A DNA stretch of 64,000 nucleotides from Spirochaetaceae bacterium (GTDB lineage Bacteria > Spirochaetota > Spirochaetia > DSM-2461), in contig OZ245056.1 of the NCBI GenBank assembly GCA_965224705.1, forward strand, positions 1,216,001-1,280,000. The letters are read 5' to 3'. Every line of letters begins with the position of its first letter. The stretch's first letter is position 1. The notes below the pieces were generated by a model. That model ran no database searches. It worked only from the letters and a program-made list of their open reading frames with translations, and had not been told where the DNA came from. Below are positions 40,706-51,710 of this stretch, in pieces. Position numbers and translations under genes: made by a program.

Positions 40706-41320
40706 TCAATCACTCAACCTTAAATCTTTGTAAAACGGTACTTGTTTTATTCTCTCGTAAAAGCTTTCTCTACTGATTAAATAGATGTTAGAATTTATTT
40801 TTCCTGCTGCAGGGTAAACTTCATCGATATTTCCAATTTTTAAACCACCAACAGCTTCAATATATGGTATAGCTGCTAAATTCTGTACTGGCTTAACGAC
40901 TGTTGTGGTCAGGATGAAATCTGCTCCTTCACCAAAAGCTGTACTTGCTAACTGATATGCCAAAGAAATGGATAACCTTTTATAAGATTTCAAAAAAGCA
41001 AGCTGCTCAAAATAGGCGATATTGCTTTCTTCTAAATCCTTCAGATTAATTGTCCAGCTTGCAGTTCTTCGTTTTTCCCACAACATGCTGTTTCTAACAA
41101 TGCTGTCAGGCAATACAATACCGAAACCAACTACATTATCATTGGCAACTGCTGTCAAACATTTTCCATTTTTTATGTAAAACGTATAGGTATCAACATC
41201 TGTTCCCAGTAAAAATCCTCCGCTATTCTTATCATTTAAAGATAAAACAAGTTGGTTTTTGACTTCCACAAAATGCTGTGCATCTTTAAGAATGGATTTT
41301 CTAATCATTCGACTCATCAA
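40706..41320 (-). CDS. Hypothetical GNAT-like protein
   Basis: 204-aa AT-rich ORF coupled to the desaturase; VVGFG, YFEQLAF, NLAA pattern suggests a GNAT fold. Confidence 0.55.
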   Translation of the reverse strand: MMSRMIRKSILKDAQHFVEVKNQLVLSLNDKNSGGFLLGTDVDTYTFYIKNGKCLTAVANDNVVGFGIVLPDSIVRNSMLWEKRRTASWTINLKDLEESNIAYFEQLAFLKSYKRLSISLAYQLASTAFGEGADFILTTTVVKPVQNLAAIPYIEAVGGLKIGNIDEVYPAAGKINSNIYLISRESFYERIKQVPFYKDLRLSD

Positions 41321-42239
41321 TAATTCGGGGGCCTTTTAACTGTTGGACAACAGCCTTAAAAAGGCTCCAGGTGTTTTGGTTTTTTTCTGAAAACTCTTCC
41401 GGTAAGTCCTTGCGTTTTTTCGGGAGGTCATACCATGGGATATGCGGGTACTGATGATGCGTTGCATGTTCGTTGAGATTCATTAATACCCAGGAAAAGA
41501 AAGGGGTATGATTCACAGACCGTACATTATATTTAACATGATTGCCAACAGTAGTTTTGTAGTGAAATGCGTAAATAAATAACGATAGAATCCAGGCAAA
41601 AGAGAGTAACGGATACCCTAAAGTCCATAAGTAAACATCACGCCCAAATGAAAAGTAGACAAACAAATGTAATCCCACTCCCAGAGCAAATAGCAGTATA
41701 GCCTGAAATTGATTTTTTAACGTCCAGCCATTGAATGCCGGTGAGATTTTTCTTGCTACCCTGGGAGGAATAAAAAGAAACAATACGACAGAAATTAAAG
41801 AGTGCAAGAATAACCCTCCGAAAAATATACCTAAATACCAGAGCACATAAAAACAAACAGTTTTTATCAATGTTGGATTCTTCGTTGTAAACGTATCCAA
41901 TGCCGATGTATGGTTGTCTTTCCTATTAAAACCATGGTGGAACATATGAATTTTTCGATAAATATTTATCGGTGTCATTAATGGTAAGAGTATAATACTT
42001 CCTACAACGTCATTTAACAGCTTGCTTGAAGTGAACAATTTTCTATGAGAGGCCTCGTGTCCTACAATAAAAAATCGGTAAAGCCAGAATCCCTGGAATA
42101 GAACAAGTATGGAATAAAGAAACCATTTAAAAAAAGCGTTTTCAATTTCCTGTTCATGGACGTAAACAGATAAAAAACAAACGCCGATAAAAATGAAAAT
42201 GGTTTCGAATATTAATTTTACGTTTTTAGCTGTATTCAT
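41301..42239 (-). CDS. Membrane fatty-acid desaturase family protein
   Basis: His boxes HEASH, HMFHH, HATHH plus hydrophobic segments. Confidence 0.9.
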   Translation of the reverse strand: MNTAKNVKLIFETIFIFIGVCFLSVYVHEQEIENAFFKWFLYSILVLFQGFWLYRFFIVGHEASHRKLFTSSKLLNDVVGSIILLPLMTPINIYRKIHMFHHGFNRKDNHTSALDTFTTKNPTLIKTVCFYVLWYLGIFFGGLFLHSLISVVLFLFIPPRVARKISPAFNGWTLKNQFQAILLFALGVGLHLFVYFSFGRDVYLWTLGYPLLSFAWILSLFIYAFHYKTTVGNHVKYNVRSVNHTPFFSWVLMNLNEHATHHQYPHIPWYDLPKKRKDLPEEFSEKNQNTWSLFKAVVQQLKGPRIIDESND

Positions 42240-42675
42240 GCTGTTAAATCCTGAGAGGTCGTATGGGGCCTATTGTAACCGACTGCTGGTTTGGGTTCAA
42301 TGGCAGGAAGGAGTGACCATGCTGACAAATCGCTACAGTTCACTTGATATTTGAGCCAGGGCTAAAGTCACTGCATTTTGTATGAAAGCTGCTATACCTT
42401 TCTCTTTCGCTTTTACATCTTCACTCAGTGAAATAATGTGTGGCTTGATTTCCAACGGAAGAGCTTCATCAATTCGTTCTTCAATTCGTTCATCGTCATG
42501 AGATGTTAGAAACTCAAGAAATGCTCCAATTGCCAGGACACTATCATGATAGCCGTAATGATGGACAGTAATGCAAAGCTGATACTCTTTTATGCCTCAG
42601 GCCAAGGTGTGGCCGCATTGCAGCAAATCCAGTGCTCAAAAAGATACACAGGTGAGTATTCCATTACCTTGAACA

Positions 42676-42710
42676 CTCTGCGCTCTCTGCGTCCTCTGCG
42701 GTTAAAAACA
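42676..42710 (+). repeat. 35-bp dispersed repeat built of CTCTGCG units
   Basis: Identical copy at 43231-43265; partial copy at ~59191-59215. Confidence 0.8.
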
Positions 42711-43108
42711 CGAACACTCCCCCCCACCAAACCTCCCCCAGCGGCCATTATAACACACCAGAAAACGGAGTGCATCCGCAGCGCTTCTGTTCGGTCTGCA
42801 TTCAAGGTGAATATGAAGAGTTTGGAAAAAATTGAAACGTTAAAAGAGACCGCCTGGGACGCCGACTGCCGTCCGTAAACCATGCCCAAAGGCAGGCCCA
42901 GTGTATCCGGGATAGAACTCTCCACTGCACAGGCGGTCTATTGGCAGTATCGGAGATTGACGGGGGAATGTCAATTGGTCGGATTGCAAAAAAATTGATT
43001 GGGCGGAAATTGAAGGGGAAAAGCTGGATTTCAGCTACAAAGCAGAATAAGGCGGCGGCGTTTCTGGCCGCCAGTGTGCCCGCTTTGAGCATCATAACTT
43101 CATATATG

Positions 43109-43230
43109 GGGCACCTCTAAAAAACACCCATTCCGTTTCTGGCTTGATCTTTACCACTGCCGCTGCGCTGCCAAAATGCTCACGCAGCCCAGCTGCACTC
43201 CGCTTTTATCGCCTTGTATCAGTGAAAAAT
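43109..43230 (-). mobile_element. MITE copy (alternative end, truncated)
   Basis: Reverse-complement match to 38945-39063; starts GGGCACCTCTAAAAAACAC. Confidence 0.8.
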
Positions 43231-43323
43231 CTCTGCGCTCTCTGCGTCCTCTGCGGTTAAAAACATGAATAAAAACCATTGCAATAGTATGGCCATTATG
43301 GGAATATTACCTGGAGGTACTAG

Positions 43324-44679
43324 ATGAAAAAAAATACCTACCTGTTCCACTGGATTCTCGCAGGGTTCTCTGTCTTTCTTCTTTCCCCATCCTGCTCACT
43401 TTTCGGGAGTGGCAACGGAACGAATAACGGCACAGGTACCCCGGGGTCGGCTTTCGACACAGTGTCTTCATCGGCAGCGAGAATGACTGTCAGCAACGAT
43501 GGTGATCGGATAAAGGAACTGGTATCCGCCGAGAATTCCTTTGCCATCGCCCTCTATAAAGAACTGACTGCCGGAGATGAGAATTTCTTCTTCTCCCCTC
43601 ACAGCATTGTGTCCGCATTGGGAATGGCCGTCACCGGCGCGAGTGGAGATACGGCATCCCAGATGCGCTCAGCCCTTCAAACCGATGGAAAGAATAAACT
43701 CAACGACAACGGCCTTCATGCAGCCCTGAACGACATAAACCTTGGTTTGGATGACCATGCCGAAGCGACCGCCGGTCTCAATCTGAACATTGTCAATGAC
43801 GCATGGGGTCAGCAGGACTGGGCATTCAATGACTCTTATCTCGACATCCTGGCAAAGTACTACGGTGCCGGTATGAAACTCCTTGACTTCAAGACAGAGC
43901 CGGACAAGGGTAGAACCATCATCAATACGCACATCAGCGATGTTACAAACGCAAAGATTAAAAATCTCCTGCCCGAAGGGAGCATTAGCAATGCCACCCG
44001 CCTTGTCCTTACCAATGCGGTCTATTTCCTTGCCGGATGGCTCTATACCTTCGACAAGAATGCCACTGCGGAGGAGAGTTTCCATCGTCTGGATAAAACA
44101 AAAGTCCTCGTCCCACTGATGAAGCTGGGGGAAGACCGCAAGGACCTGGACAACTTGCGTTACGCCTGGAGCGATACGTACAAGACAAGGGCTCTGGAAC
44201 TTCCCTATGAGGGCGAACGCCTTGCCATGATTGTTTTCCTGCCCGATTCCGGTCAGTTCACAAACTTTGAAAATGCCATGACTCCCGAAATTCTCAATGA
44301 AATCATCGGCAATCTGACTCAAACCAGCCTGCCACCCGTCCGCCTCCCCAAATTTACCTATGAATCCCCGCCAATCTATTTGGTGGAGCCCCTTCAGGCA
44401 TTGGGCATGACGGATGCTTTCGATGCTTCAAAGGCTGACTTTTCCGGAATCGATGGAACTCAAGACCTTTACATAGCCAACATTCTCCATAAGTCCTTCA
44501 TCGCTGTCGACGAAGCCGGAACAGAGGCCGCCGCCGCAACGGCCGTAGTCGTCGATGTCACATCCTTACCAACTCACACACCCGAATTTGTGGCGGACCG
44601 GCCATTCATTTATATTATTCGCGACAGTGAAACCGGCTTGATTATCTTCATGGGGAAAGTTGCGGATCCAACCGCATAG
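43324..44679 (+). CDS. Serpin, probable lipoprotein
   Basis: FFSPHSI, LTNAVYF, hinge EAGTEAAAATAV, FVADRPF; N-terminal hydrophobic stretch ending in Cys. Confidence 0.95.
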   Translation: MKKNTYLFHWILAGFSVFLLSPSCSLFGSGNGTNNGTGTPGSAFDTVSSSAARMTVSNDGDRIKELVSAENSFAIALYKELTAGDENFFFSPHSIVSALGMAVTGASGDTASQMRSALQTDGKNKLNDNGLHAALNDINLGLDDHAEATAGLNLNIVNDAWGQQDWAFNDSYLDILAKYYGAGMKLLDFKTEPDKGRTIINTHISDVTNAKIKNLLPEGSISNATRLVLTNAVYFLAGWLYTFDKNATAEESFHRLDKTKVLVPLMKLGEDRKDLDNLRYAWSDTYKTRALELPYEGERLAMIVFLPDSGQFTNFENAMTPEILNEIIGNLTQTSLPPVRLPKFTYESPPIYLVEPLQALGMTDAFDASKADFSGIDGTQDLYIANILHKSFIAVDEAGTEAAAATAVVVDVTSLPTHTPEFVADRPFIYIIRDSETGLIIFMGKVADPTA

Positions 44680-44821
44680 ATCTTTCGGTCAGGATGATCC
44701 AGCGGCGGTTTTTTTGAGATTCACGATAGAAACATTCTTTATTCATATTCCCCTTATGCCTGGATGGTATATGTGAAATAATCCCCAGCGGGACAGGCTT
44801 TCGCTGGGAAAGGAGTAGAAA

Positions 44822-46252
44822 ATGTCTTCACGCTTCTCACTGATTTTTTTAGCCTTTACGTTTATGTTTGCTGCGGTCTCTGTATCGGCCCGGACTGGGG
44901 AACTACCCATCCCCCCTCTTCTGGAGTCAAAGGTGGTGGACGGTGTCCGGGTATTCAATCTCAGGGCGGATGAGGGCAGCCGGAGCTTCTTCAAGGGCGC
45001 GAAAACGCGCACCCTGGGATACAATGGGAATTATCTGGGGCCCACCATCCGGGCGAGCGAGGGTGAGCGCGTCGAAATCCGGGTGGAAAATCGTCTTGAG
45101 AATCCCACCACCGTTCATTGGCACGGCATGGACGTGCCCCCCGAAGCCGATGGCAATGTTCATCAGATGATTCCCCCCGGTAAGACCTGGTCGCCGTCCT
45201 TCACCATTCGTCAGCCAGCCGCCACCTTGTGGTATCATCCCCACTTATTCAAAACGACCGCGAAGCAGGTCTATCAGGGCCTGGCCGGTCTCTTCATTGT
45301 TGATGATGAGACTTCCGGGCGTTTGGGACTGCCCGAAGACTATGGTATAGACGACCTCCCCATCATCCTCCAGGACCGGCGTTTCGATTCATCCGGGCGC
45401 TTTTCTTTCTCGCCGAACATGCGGGATGTGATGCATGGGTATCAGGGCAATACTCTATTGGTGAACGGTGCCGTTTCCCCGGAAATGGAAGTCTCCCGGA
45501 AACCTCTGCGCCTTCGAATACTGAACGGCGGTGATTCCGCTGTGTTCCGCCTCCACTTTGAGGGCATGCCGAAGGTGTATCAAGTGGCTTCCGACGGTGG
45601 ATTCCTTGCCGCGCCTGTACCTCTGACCCATGTCGTTCTTTCTCCTTCGGAAAGGGTGGAGGTGATTCTCGATCTTGCCCAGGCTATCAGCGACACGGTT
45701 ACTCTTGTGACGGAAACTCATGACGGGCGGATTTACCGGGCACTCACCTTTCACCTTTCCGGCGCATCAGGAAGAGCCTGGAAGATACCCGCTTCTTTGA
45801 CACCGGTCGAAAGCATCCCGGTAGATCAATCAGCTCGAACACGGCATTTTCTTCTGGCCTCCGCCATGGGCGCTCGGATGACTATCAACGGCAGGGTGAT
45901 GGACATGAACCGGGTGGATCTGCGCGTGGGGCTGGGGAACACGGAGATATGGGAAATCGAAAATGGAGACGACGGCGGTCGCCGGGAAAACAGAGGAGGC
46001 ATGATGGGAGGGGGAATGATAAGCCAGCCTCATAATTTCCATGTCCACGCCGTCCGTTTTCTCATCCTGGACATCAATGGCCGCCCGCCCCCGCCGTCAC
46101 TTTCCGGGTGGAAAGACACTGTTCTTCTCTGGCCTGGCGACAAAGTGCGTATTATCGCCCGTTTTGATTCCTACCCCGGCCTCTACATGTATCATTGCCA
46201 TTTACTGGTTCATGAGGATGCGGGCATGATGGGTCAGTTTATGATTGAATGA
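44822..46252 (+). CDS. Multicopper oxidase (CueO-like)
   Basis: HWHG, WYHPH, HNFHVH, HCHLLVHEDAGMM. Confidence 0.95.
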   Translation: MSSRFSLIFLAFTFMFAAVSVSARTGELPIPPLLESKVVDGVRVFNLRADEGSRSFFKGAKTRTLGYNGNYLGPTIRASEGERVEIRVENRLENPTTVHWHGMDVPPEADGNVHQMIPPGKTWSPSFTIRQPAATLWYHPHLFKTTAKQVYQGLAGLFIVDDETSGRLGLPEDYGIDDLPIILQDRRFDSSGRFSFSPNMRDVMHGYQGNTLLVNGAVSPEMEVSRKPLRLRILNGGDSAVFRLHFEGMPKVYQVASDGGFLAAPVPLTHVVLSPSERVEVILDLAQAISDTVTLVTETHDGRIYRALTFHLSGASGRAWKIPASLTPVESIPVDQSARTRHFLLASAMGARMTINGRVMDMNRVDLRVGLGNTEIWEIENGDDGGRRENRGGMMGGGMISQPHNFHVHAVRFLILDINGRPPPPSLSGWKDTVLLWPGDKVRIIARFDSYPGLYMYHCHLLVHEDAGMMGQFMIE

Positions 46253-46314
46253 ATGCGGAGCATCATCGGCGCTGACTTTGCAAGTAAGAGCGGCATCAAC
46301 CGTTTGGAGGAAGG

Positions 46315-47484
46315 ATGAGTAGAAGGGAATCGGCGAGGGGGAGTATTACAATCGGGGCATTTGCCGCTTTCTTCATGTTCGGCTTTGTGGATAACATCAA
46401 AGGGCCTGTGATTCCAACGATACTGGAAGACTTGCAATTCACTTATTCGCAAGGGTCTGCCATATTGTTTTCGGCCTACCTCGGCTTCTTGATCGCAACC
46501 TTATTGACCGGCTATCTATCGGAAATCCGGGGAGAGAAGGCCATCCTGGTGTTTGCCGGTGTAATAATGGCTCTGGGAGCTTTCAGCTATGGGGCCATGA
46601 ATTTACCAATAATGCTGTATATCTCCAGCATGGGAATCGGCCTGGGGCTAGGGTCAATAGAAGTCGGTGCCAACAGAATCATTACCCGCATCCATCACCA
46701 GGATAAGGGAAAGTTTTTGAATCTATTGGCTTTTTTTCACGGTGTCGGTTCTATGCTCGCGCCTCTCTACGCGGGCAAACTCATAAGCTCTGGAATGAGT
46801 TGGCGGTCGGTCTACTTCATCGGCGGCGGAATTGTTTTGATTATGCCGATTTATTTCTTGATACTCAAGATTCCATTTGCCCCAACTGATGATGACAAGA
46901 AGGAAACTCTGAAAAAAAGAATAGCTGCTCTGGGCGAAAAGCGGCTTGTTCTCATCGCCTTATTGCTGCTGTTTTATGTCGCCGCCGAGATTAGCATCGC
47001 GTCCTGGATGGTTGATTTTTTGCGGAAAGAAAAAGGGTTATCCCTGGAGCTTAGTTCCCTGTTTCTGTCTTTGTATTTTGCCTTCATGACAGGCGGACGG
47101 CTTCTCGGCAGTTTCTTTGTGACTCGTATTGGATATTTCAGAGTCATGATTATCGCCGTTATTTTGTCTATCCTGACTTTGGCTGGCGGGATTTTTCTCG
47201 ATAACAGCCTGGCAATTCTTCTCTCTATAACGGGATTTTTCTACTCTATAATTTTTCCAACAGCGACTGCAATGGCTGTGGAAAAAACAAAAGCATCCAT
47301 TGGCCTTGTGTATAGTTTACTCTTTTTTTCCGCCGGGATCGGGGGGATTCTCGGGCCATGGTTCTCCGGAAATATCGCTAACGCTTTTACAATTTTCACC
47401 GGATTTTCAATGGCTATCATTTACGCGGGAGTTATGCTGATTATTCTTTTATACCTTGGGGGCACCTCTAAAAAACACAGTTAG
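46315..47484 (+). CDS. MFS transporter (FucP/TsgA-like)
   Basis: About 12 hydrophobic segments; GVGSMLAP, YVAAE, GRLLG. Confidence 0.9.
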   Translation: MSRRESARGSITIGAFAAFFMFGFVDNIKGPVIPTILEDLQFTYSQGSAILFSAYLGFLIATLLTGYLSEIRGEKAILVFAGVIMALGAFSYGAMNLPIMLYISSMGIGLGLGSIEVGANRIITRIHHQDKGKFLNLLAFFHGVGSMLAPLYAGKLISSGMSWRSVYFIGGGIVLIMPIYFLILKIPFAPTDDDKKETLKKRIAALGEKRLVLIALLLLFYVAAEISIASWMVDFLRKEKGLSLELSSLFLSLYFAFMTGGRLLGSFFVTRIGYFRVMIIAVILSILTLAGGIFLDNSLAILLSITGFFYSIIFPTATAMAVEKTKASIGLVYSLLFFSAGIGGILGPWFSGNIANAFTIFTGFSMAIIYAGVMLIILLYLGGTSKKHS

Positions 47485-50400
47485 GATGACACTGGCGATT
47501 CTTGGACACCCTGTTCCAGCTGTTCAACAACCGACCGGACATATTTAAGTATCATTCGATCCCGAAGTTGTTCTTCCTGGGTATACAGCAAAGGAGTTTC
47601 AACCTTGCCGGGGCCTGCCTGCAAGTCGCCGAAATGATCTTTCCATTCGCATTCATTCAGCACCAAAGGATGCATGCCGTAGTACTCGCCGGACTTTTCC
47701 TTCTTTTTCCTGGTTTCCCTGGCCACATTTACTTCCTTCACACAATAGTCAGTACCCAGGAAGCGGCGGCTTACAAGAAACAGCACGGCATCGGCTGATC
47801 GGATTTCCTGCTCCAGCCGTGGATCCCACTTTTCACCGTTTTTCAGTTTCCAATCCCCATAATACTCAAAGAACACCGCTCCCGGTATCCGCTGCAACTG
47901 ATCAAGGCTCTGGATAACGATATCAAGGATTTCCTCCTCTTCTTTCTTATAGGCCACAAACAATTTTTTCTTTCGGCCTTTTGCCGGTATGGGGAGAATG
48001 TCTTGCCTGTCCGTCGGCCGCGTCATTTCGCCGGACCGTGTATAGTTTTTAATTCCGGCTCTTTCCAGGGTTTCCGCAATGCTCTGCAGAACCGGATCAA
48101 GAAAATCCTGAACGGCCATGCCGCCCTGGTTTTTTGTCTGAACTTCTATGGTGCCCTGCTGCCCGAATTCCCCCCTCCCAGGTTAAAGCTAATCTGGATG
48201 AGATTGCCCTTGATCATCAGGCCCTCCCCGCAGCGAAAATAGAATACCTCATCCCTCCAGGTGGAGCCGACATTGGCCAACCAGTTATTCACTACCCCCC
48301 GGTGCAGAAACGGGCATCTGAACTGGACCGTGCTCGTTTCACCGTCGTAATTATCAAACATGTTGCGCCACTGGCGGTTGCGTGCATCGCAGAGTTCGGG
48401 AAGGATGTACGCTTTTTCGTAAAATGGGGTGTTTTTGGGTGTTGTCTCGAACGCGGCGGCGCAGGATACCATCATGGTCAGGAAAAGCTTATGCTCGTCT
48501 TCCGTGTTATCGGGCCAGACTTCTTTGGCCATAAAGGCGTAGAATTTTCCGTTGTCTTTCCTTATCAGTGTGATCCATGTTTTCTTTCTGTCAAACAGTG
48601 CGTAGACGGCGTCGAGCATCCACTGCTGATCCAGGATAATCTGCCCCCTGAACAGATCCGGTTGATAAAACAGCTCCCCGCTGCCGTGCAGGTATTGCAG
48701 AAGCGTGTCGGGGGCCGGGCACTGCGCCTCTTTCTTGAATTGATCTTTGTCCAATAGCTTTTCGTTCTTTCGGCGTTCATTGAGTCTCTCAATAACCTTC
48801 GGCCATGCCTTTGGCAGGGGATATTTTCTTCTCTCTGATGCCCTTTGCAATTTGAGACGGATATCCTCTGTGGTGTATTTCAAATTCGTCCTGTCATTGA
48901 AGGCATTGGGAACTGTCACCTTGTCCAGGGCCGTCTCGTTATCCAGCATCCGCTTGGCCTGATCCCAGGGATCGGGCTGTTTGGACGGCGCGGGGGCAAT
49001 CTCCACGGGCAGAATCCGTGCGTTGGGGGAAGCGGTTTTCGCCATGTCCAGCCAGTAGGCCAGAGATTTGTTTTCCCATTCCCAGCCCTTTCCGTCTGCC
49101 TGTTTTTCAGGCTCGTCCCGCCGGTAGCAGAGAAGGATGCCATCAACGGATTTCATAAACAGATGATGGGTGGCCAGGTAGAGGTCCTGTCCGCCAAAGT
49201 CCCAGAATTTTATGGCGATGCCTTCCACGTTAATGCGGCGAATGACGATGCCATGGGTGGATTCCTCATCTTCCTGCAGCTTTTCGCCATTCAATGCCTT
49301 CAGCAGTGTGGTTTTTCCTGTTCTCCCGTTGCCCAGAACCAGCCATTTCCTTATCCTGTTCTCCACTTCTCCCTTTGCTAGTTCCTCAAAGTAGTCATTG
49401 GCGGCGGGGATGCAGTTGTCCAAAAAACTATCTCCAAGCAACTCCAGAGGGAAGTCACTCAGGGGATTGCCATGCAAGCGTAGATCATCGAGTTTCAACA
49501 GGAAGCGCGGGAAGTCTTGTATGCCGCAACCGTGGAAATTCGCTGTAACAAGTGAATCCAGCCCCTCCAGGGCCCTCAGGTCGGACAGGTTTTTGCAATT
49601 TGAAGCATGAAGTACCTCCAGGGTCTGCAGTTTCTGAAGAACGTTCAGGGTCTTCAGGTGGGGATTCCCGCCTAAGCTGATTTTCCTGATGGCGGTCAGC
49701 CCCTCCAGGATCCTCAGGTCGGACAGGTTTTTACAGCTCCAAGCATCAAGTTCCTCCAGGGTGTTCAGTTTCTGAAGAACGTTCAGGGTCTTCAGGTGGG
49801 GATTCCCGCCTAAGCTGATTTTCCTGATGGCGGTCAGCCCCTCCAAAGCCCTCAGGTCGGACAGGTTTTCACAGTCTGAAACATCAAGTTCCTCCAGTGC
49901 CTGCATTTTCTGAAGCCCGTTCAGGTTTTCCAGTCGGGGATTCCTCTTTGAGTTGATTTTCCTGATGGCGGTCAGCCCTTCCAGGGCCCTCAGGTCGGAT
50001 AGGTTTTCACAGCCTGAAACATCAAGTTCCTCCAGTGCCTGCATTTTCTGAAGCCCGTTCAGAGTCTTCAGGTGGGGATTGTCGCTTAAGATGATTTTCC
50101 TGATGGCGGTCAGCCCCTCCAGGGCCCTCAGGTCGGACAGGTTTTCACAGTCTGAAACATCAAGTTCCTCCAGTGCCTGCATTTTCTGAAGCCCGTTCAG
50201 AGTCTTCAGGTGGGGATTGTAGCGTAAGATGATTTTCCTGATGGCGGTCAGCCCCTCCAGGGCCCTCAGGTCGGACAGGTCTTCACCGAATAAAACATCA
50301 AGTTCCTCCAGTGCCTGCATTTTCTGAAGCCCGTTCAGGTTTTCCAGTCGGGGATTGTCGCGTAAGATGATTTTCCTGATGGCGGTCAACCCCTCCAGGG

Positions 50401-51710
50401 CCCTCAGGTCGGAGAAGTTTTCACAGCCTGAAACATCAAGTTCCTCCAGTGCCTGCATTTTCTGAAGCCCGTTCAGGTTTTCCAGTCGGGGATTGTCGCG
50501 TAAGATGATTTTCCTGATGGCGGTCAACCCCTCCAGGGCCCTCAGGTCGGATAGGTTTTCACAGTCTGAAACATTAAGTTCCTCCAGGGTCTGCAGTTTC
50601 TGAAGTAGGTTCAGGGTCTTCTGCCGGGGATTCTTGCTTAATCTGATTTTTCTGATGGTGGTCAGACCCCCCTAGGGCCCTCAGGTCGGAGAGGTTTTCA
50701 CAGCCTGAAACATCAATTTCCTCCAGGCCCTGCAGTTTCTGAAGAACGTTCAGGGTCTTCAGGTGAGGATTGCGGTATAAGTCAATTTTCCTGATGCTGG
50801 ACAACCCCTCCAGGGCTCTTAGGTCGGAGAGGTTCTCACAGCCTGAAACATCAATTTCCTCCAGGGCCTGCATTTTCTGAAGCCCGTTCAGGTTTTTCAG
50901 TCGGGGGTTCCCGCGTAAGATGATTTTCCTGATGGCGGTCAGCCCCTCCAGGGCCCTCAGGTCGGACAGGTTTTCACAGTCTGAAGCATCAAGTTCCTCC
51001 AGGGCCTGCATTTTCTGAAGCCCGTTCAGGTTTTTCAGTCGGGGGTTCCCGTGTAAGCTGATTTTCCTGATGGCGGTCAACCCCTCCAGGGCCCTCAGAT
51101 CGGAGAGGTTTTTACAGCCTGAAACATCAAGTTTCTCCAGTGCCTGCATTTTCTGAAGCACATTAAGGGTTTTCAGTCGGTGATTGTAGCTTAAGTTAAT
51201 TTCCCTGATGCTGGTCAACCCCTCCAGGGCCCTCAGATCGGAGAGGTTTTTACAGCCTGAAACATCAAGTTCCTCCAGGGTCTGTAGTTTCTGAAGCCCG
51301 TTCAGGTTTTTCAGTCGGGGGTTCCCTCGTAAGATGATTTTCCTGATGGCGGTCAGATCCCCCAGGGCACGCAGGTCGGAAAAGCTCTTCAGATTGCCGT
51401 TCCCTGTTATGGCCAGAGTTTTAAGCCGCTGAAGCCCTCCCAGCGCATCGAAATCGCCGAAGTTTCCGCATCCATACAGTCCCAATTCCTCCAATGCCGG
51501 GAGGTTTCCCAGTCTTTCAATAGAGGATAATAGGTGATTGTTGTGAATGATCAACCGCTTAAGATGTGTCAGTCCATTGATTTCGTCTGGAAACCGCTCG
51601 AAATGTAGATCCTCCAGCTCCAGCGATTCATTCCGTCCATCGCGACAGTGGATAATCGCTTTGCGGGCCCTTTCAAAATCCGCCTTTCTTCTATCGCCTG
51701 TATAGGTCAT
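47481..51710 (-). pseudogene. LRR-Roc-COR-TIR (Roco) gene split into three ORFs by two frameshifts
   Basis: 46-aa LRR units; Roc GTPase GNGRTGKTT, STHG, WDFGGQ; COR-like YLHGSGELFY...LDQQW; TIR LFVAY...FLVSRRFLGTDYCVKEV. Frames join if C6 at 50667-50672 is C5 and C6 at 48170-48175 is C7. Confidence 0.85.
49560..51390 (-). repeat. Coding tandem array of 13 near-identical 138-bp units
   Basis: 14 occurrences of the SDLR[A/I]L motif at 46-codon spacing. Confidence 0.9.

Noticed and set aside
42330..43100. Possible genes between the desaturase and the serpin
   Set aside because: Only start-less or motif-less fragments interrupted by repeats; no product can be supported.
49560..51390. CRISPR array or DGR
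   Set aside because: Units are in-frame 138-bp coding repeats without unique spacers; no cas or reverse transcriptase gene in the window.
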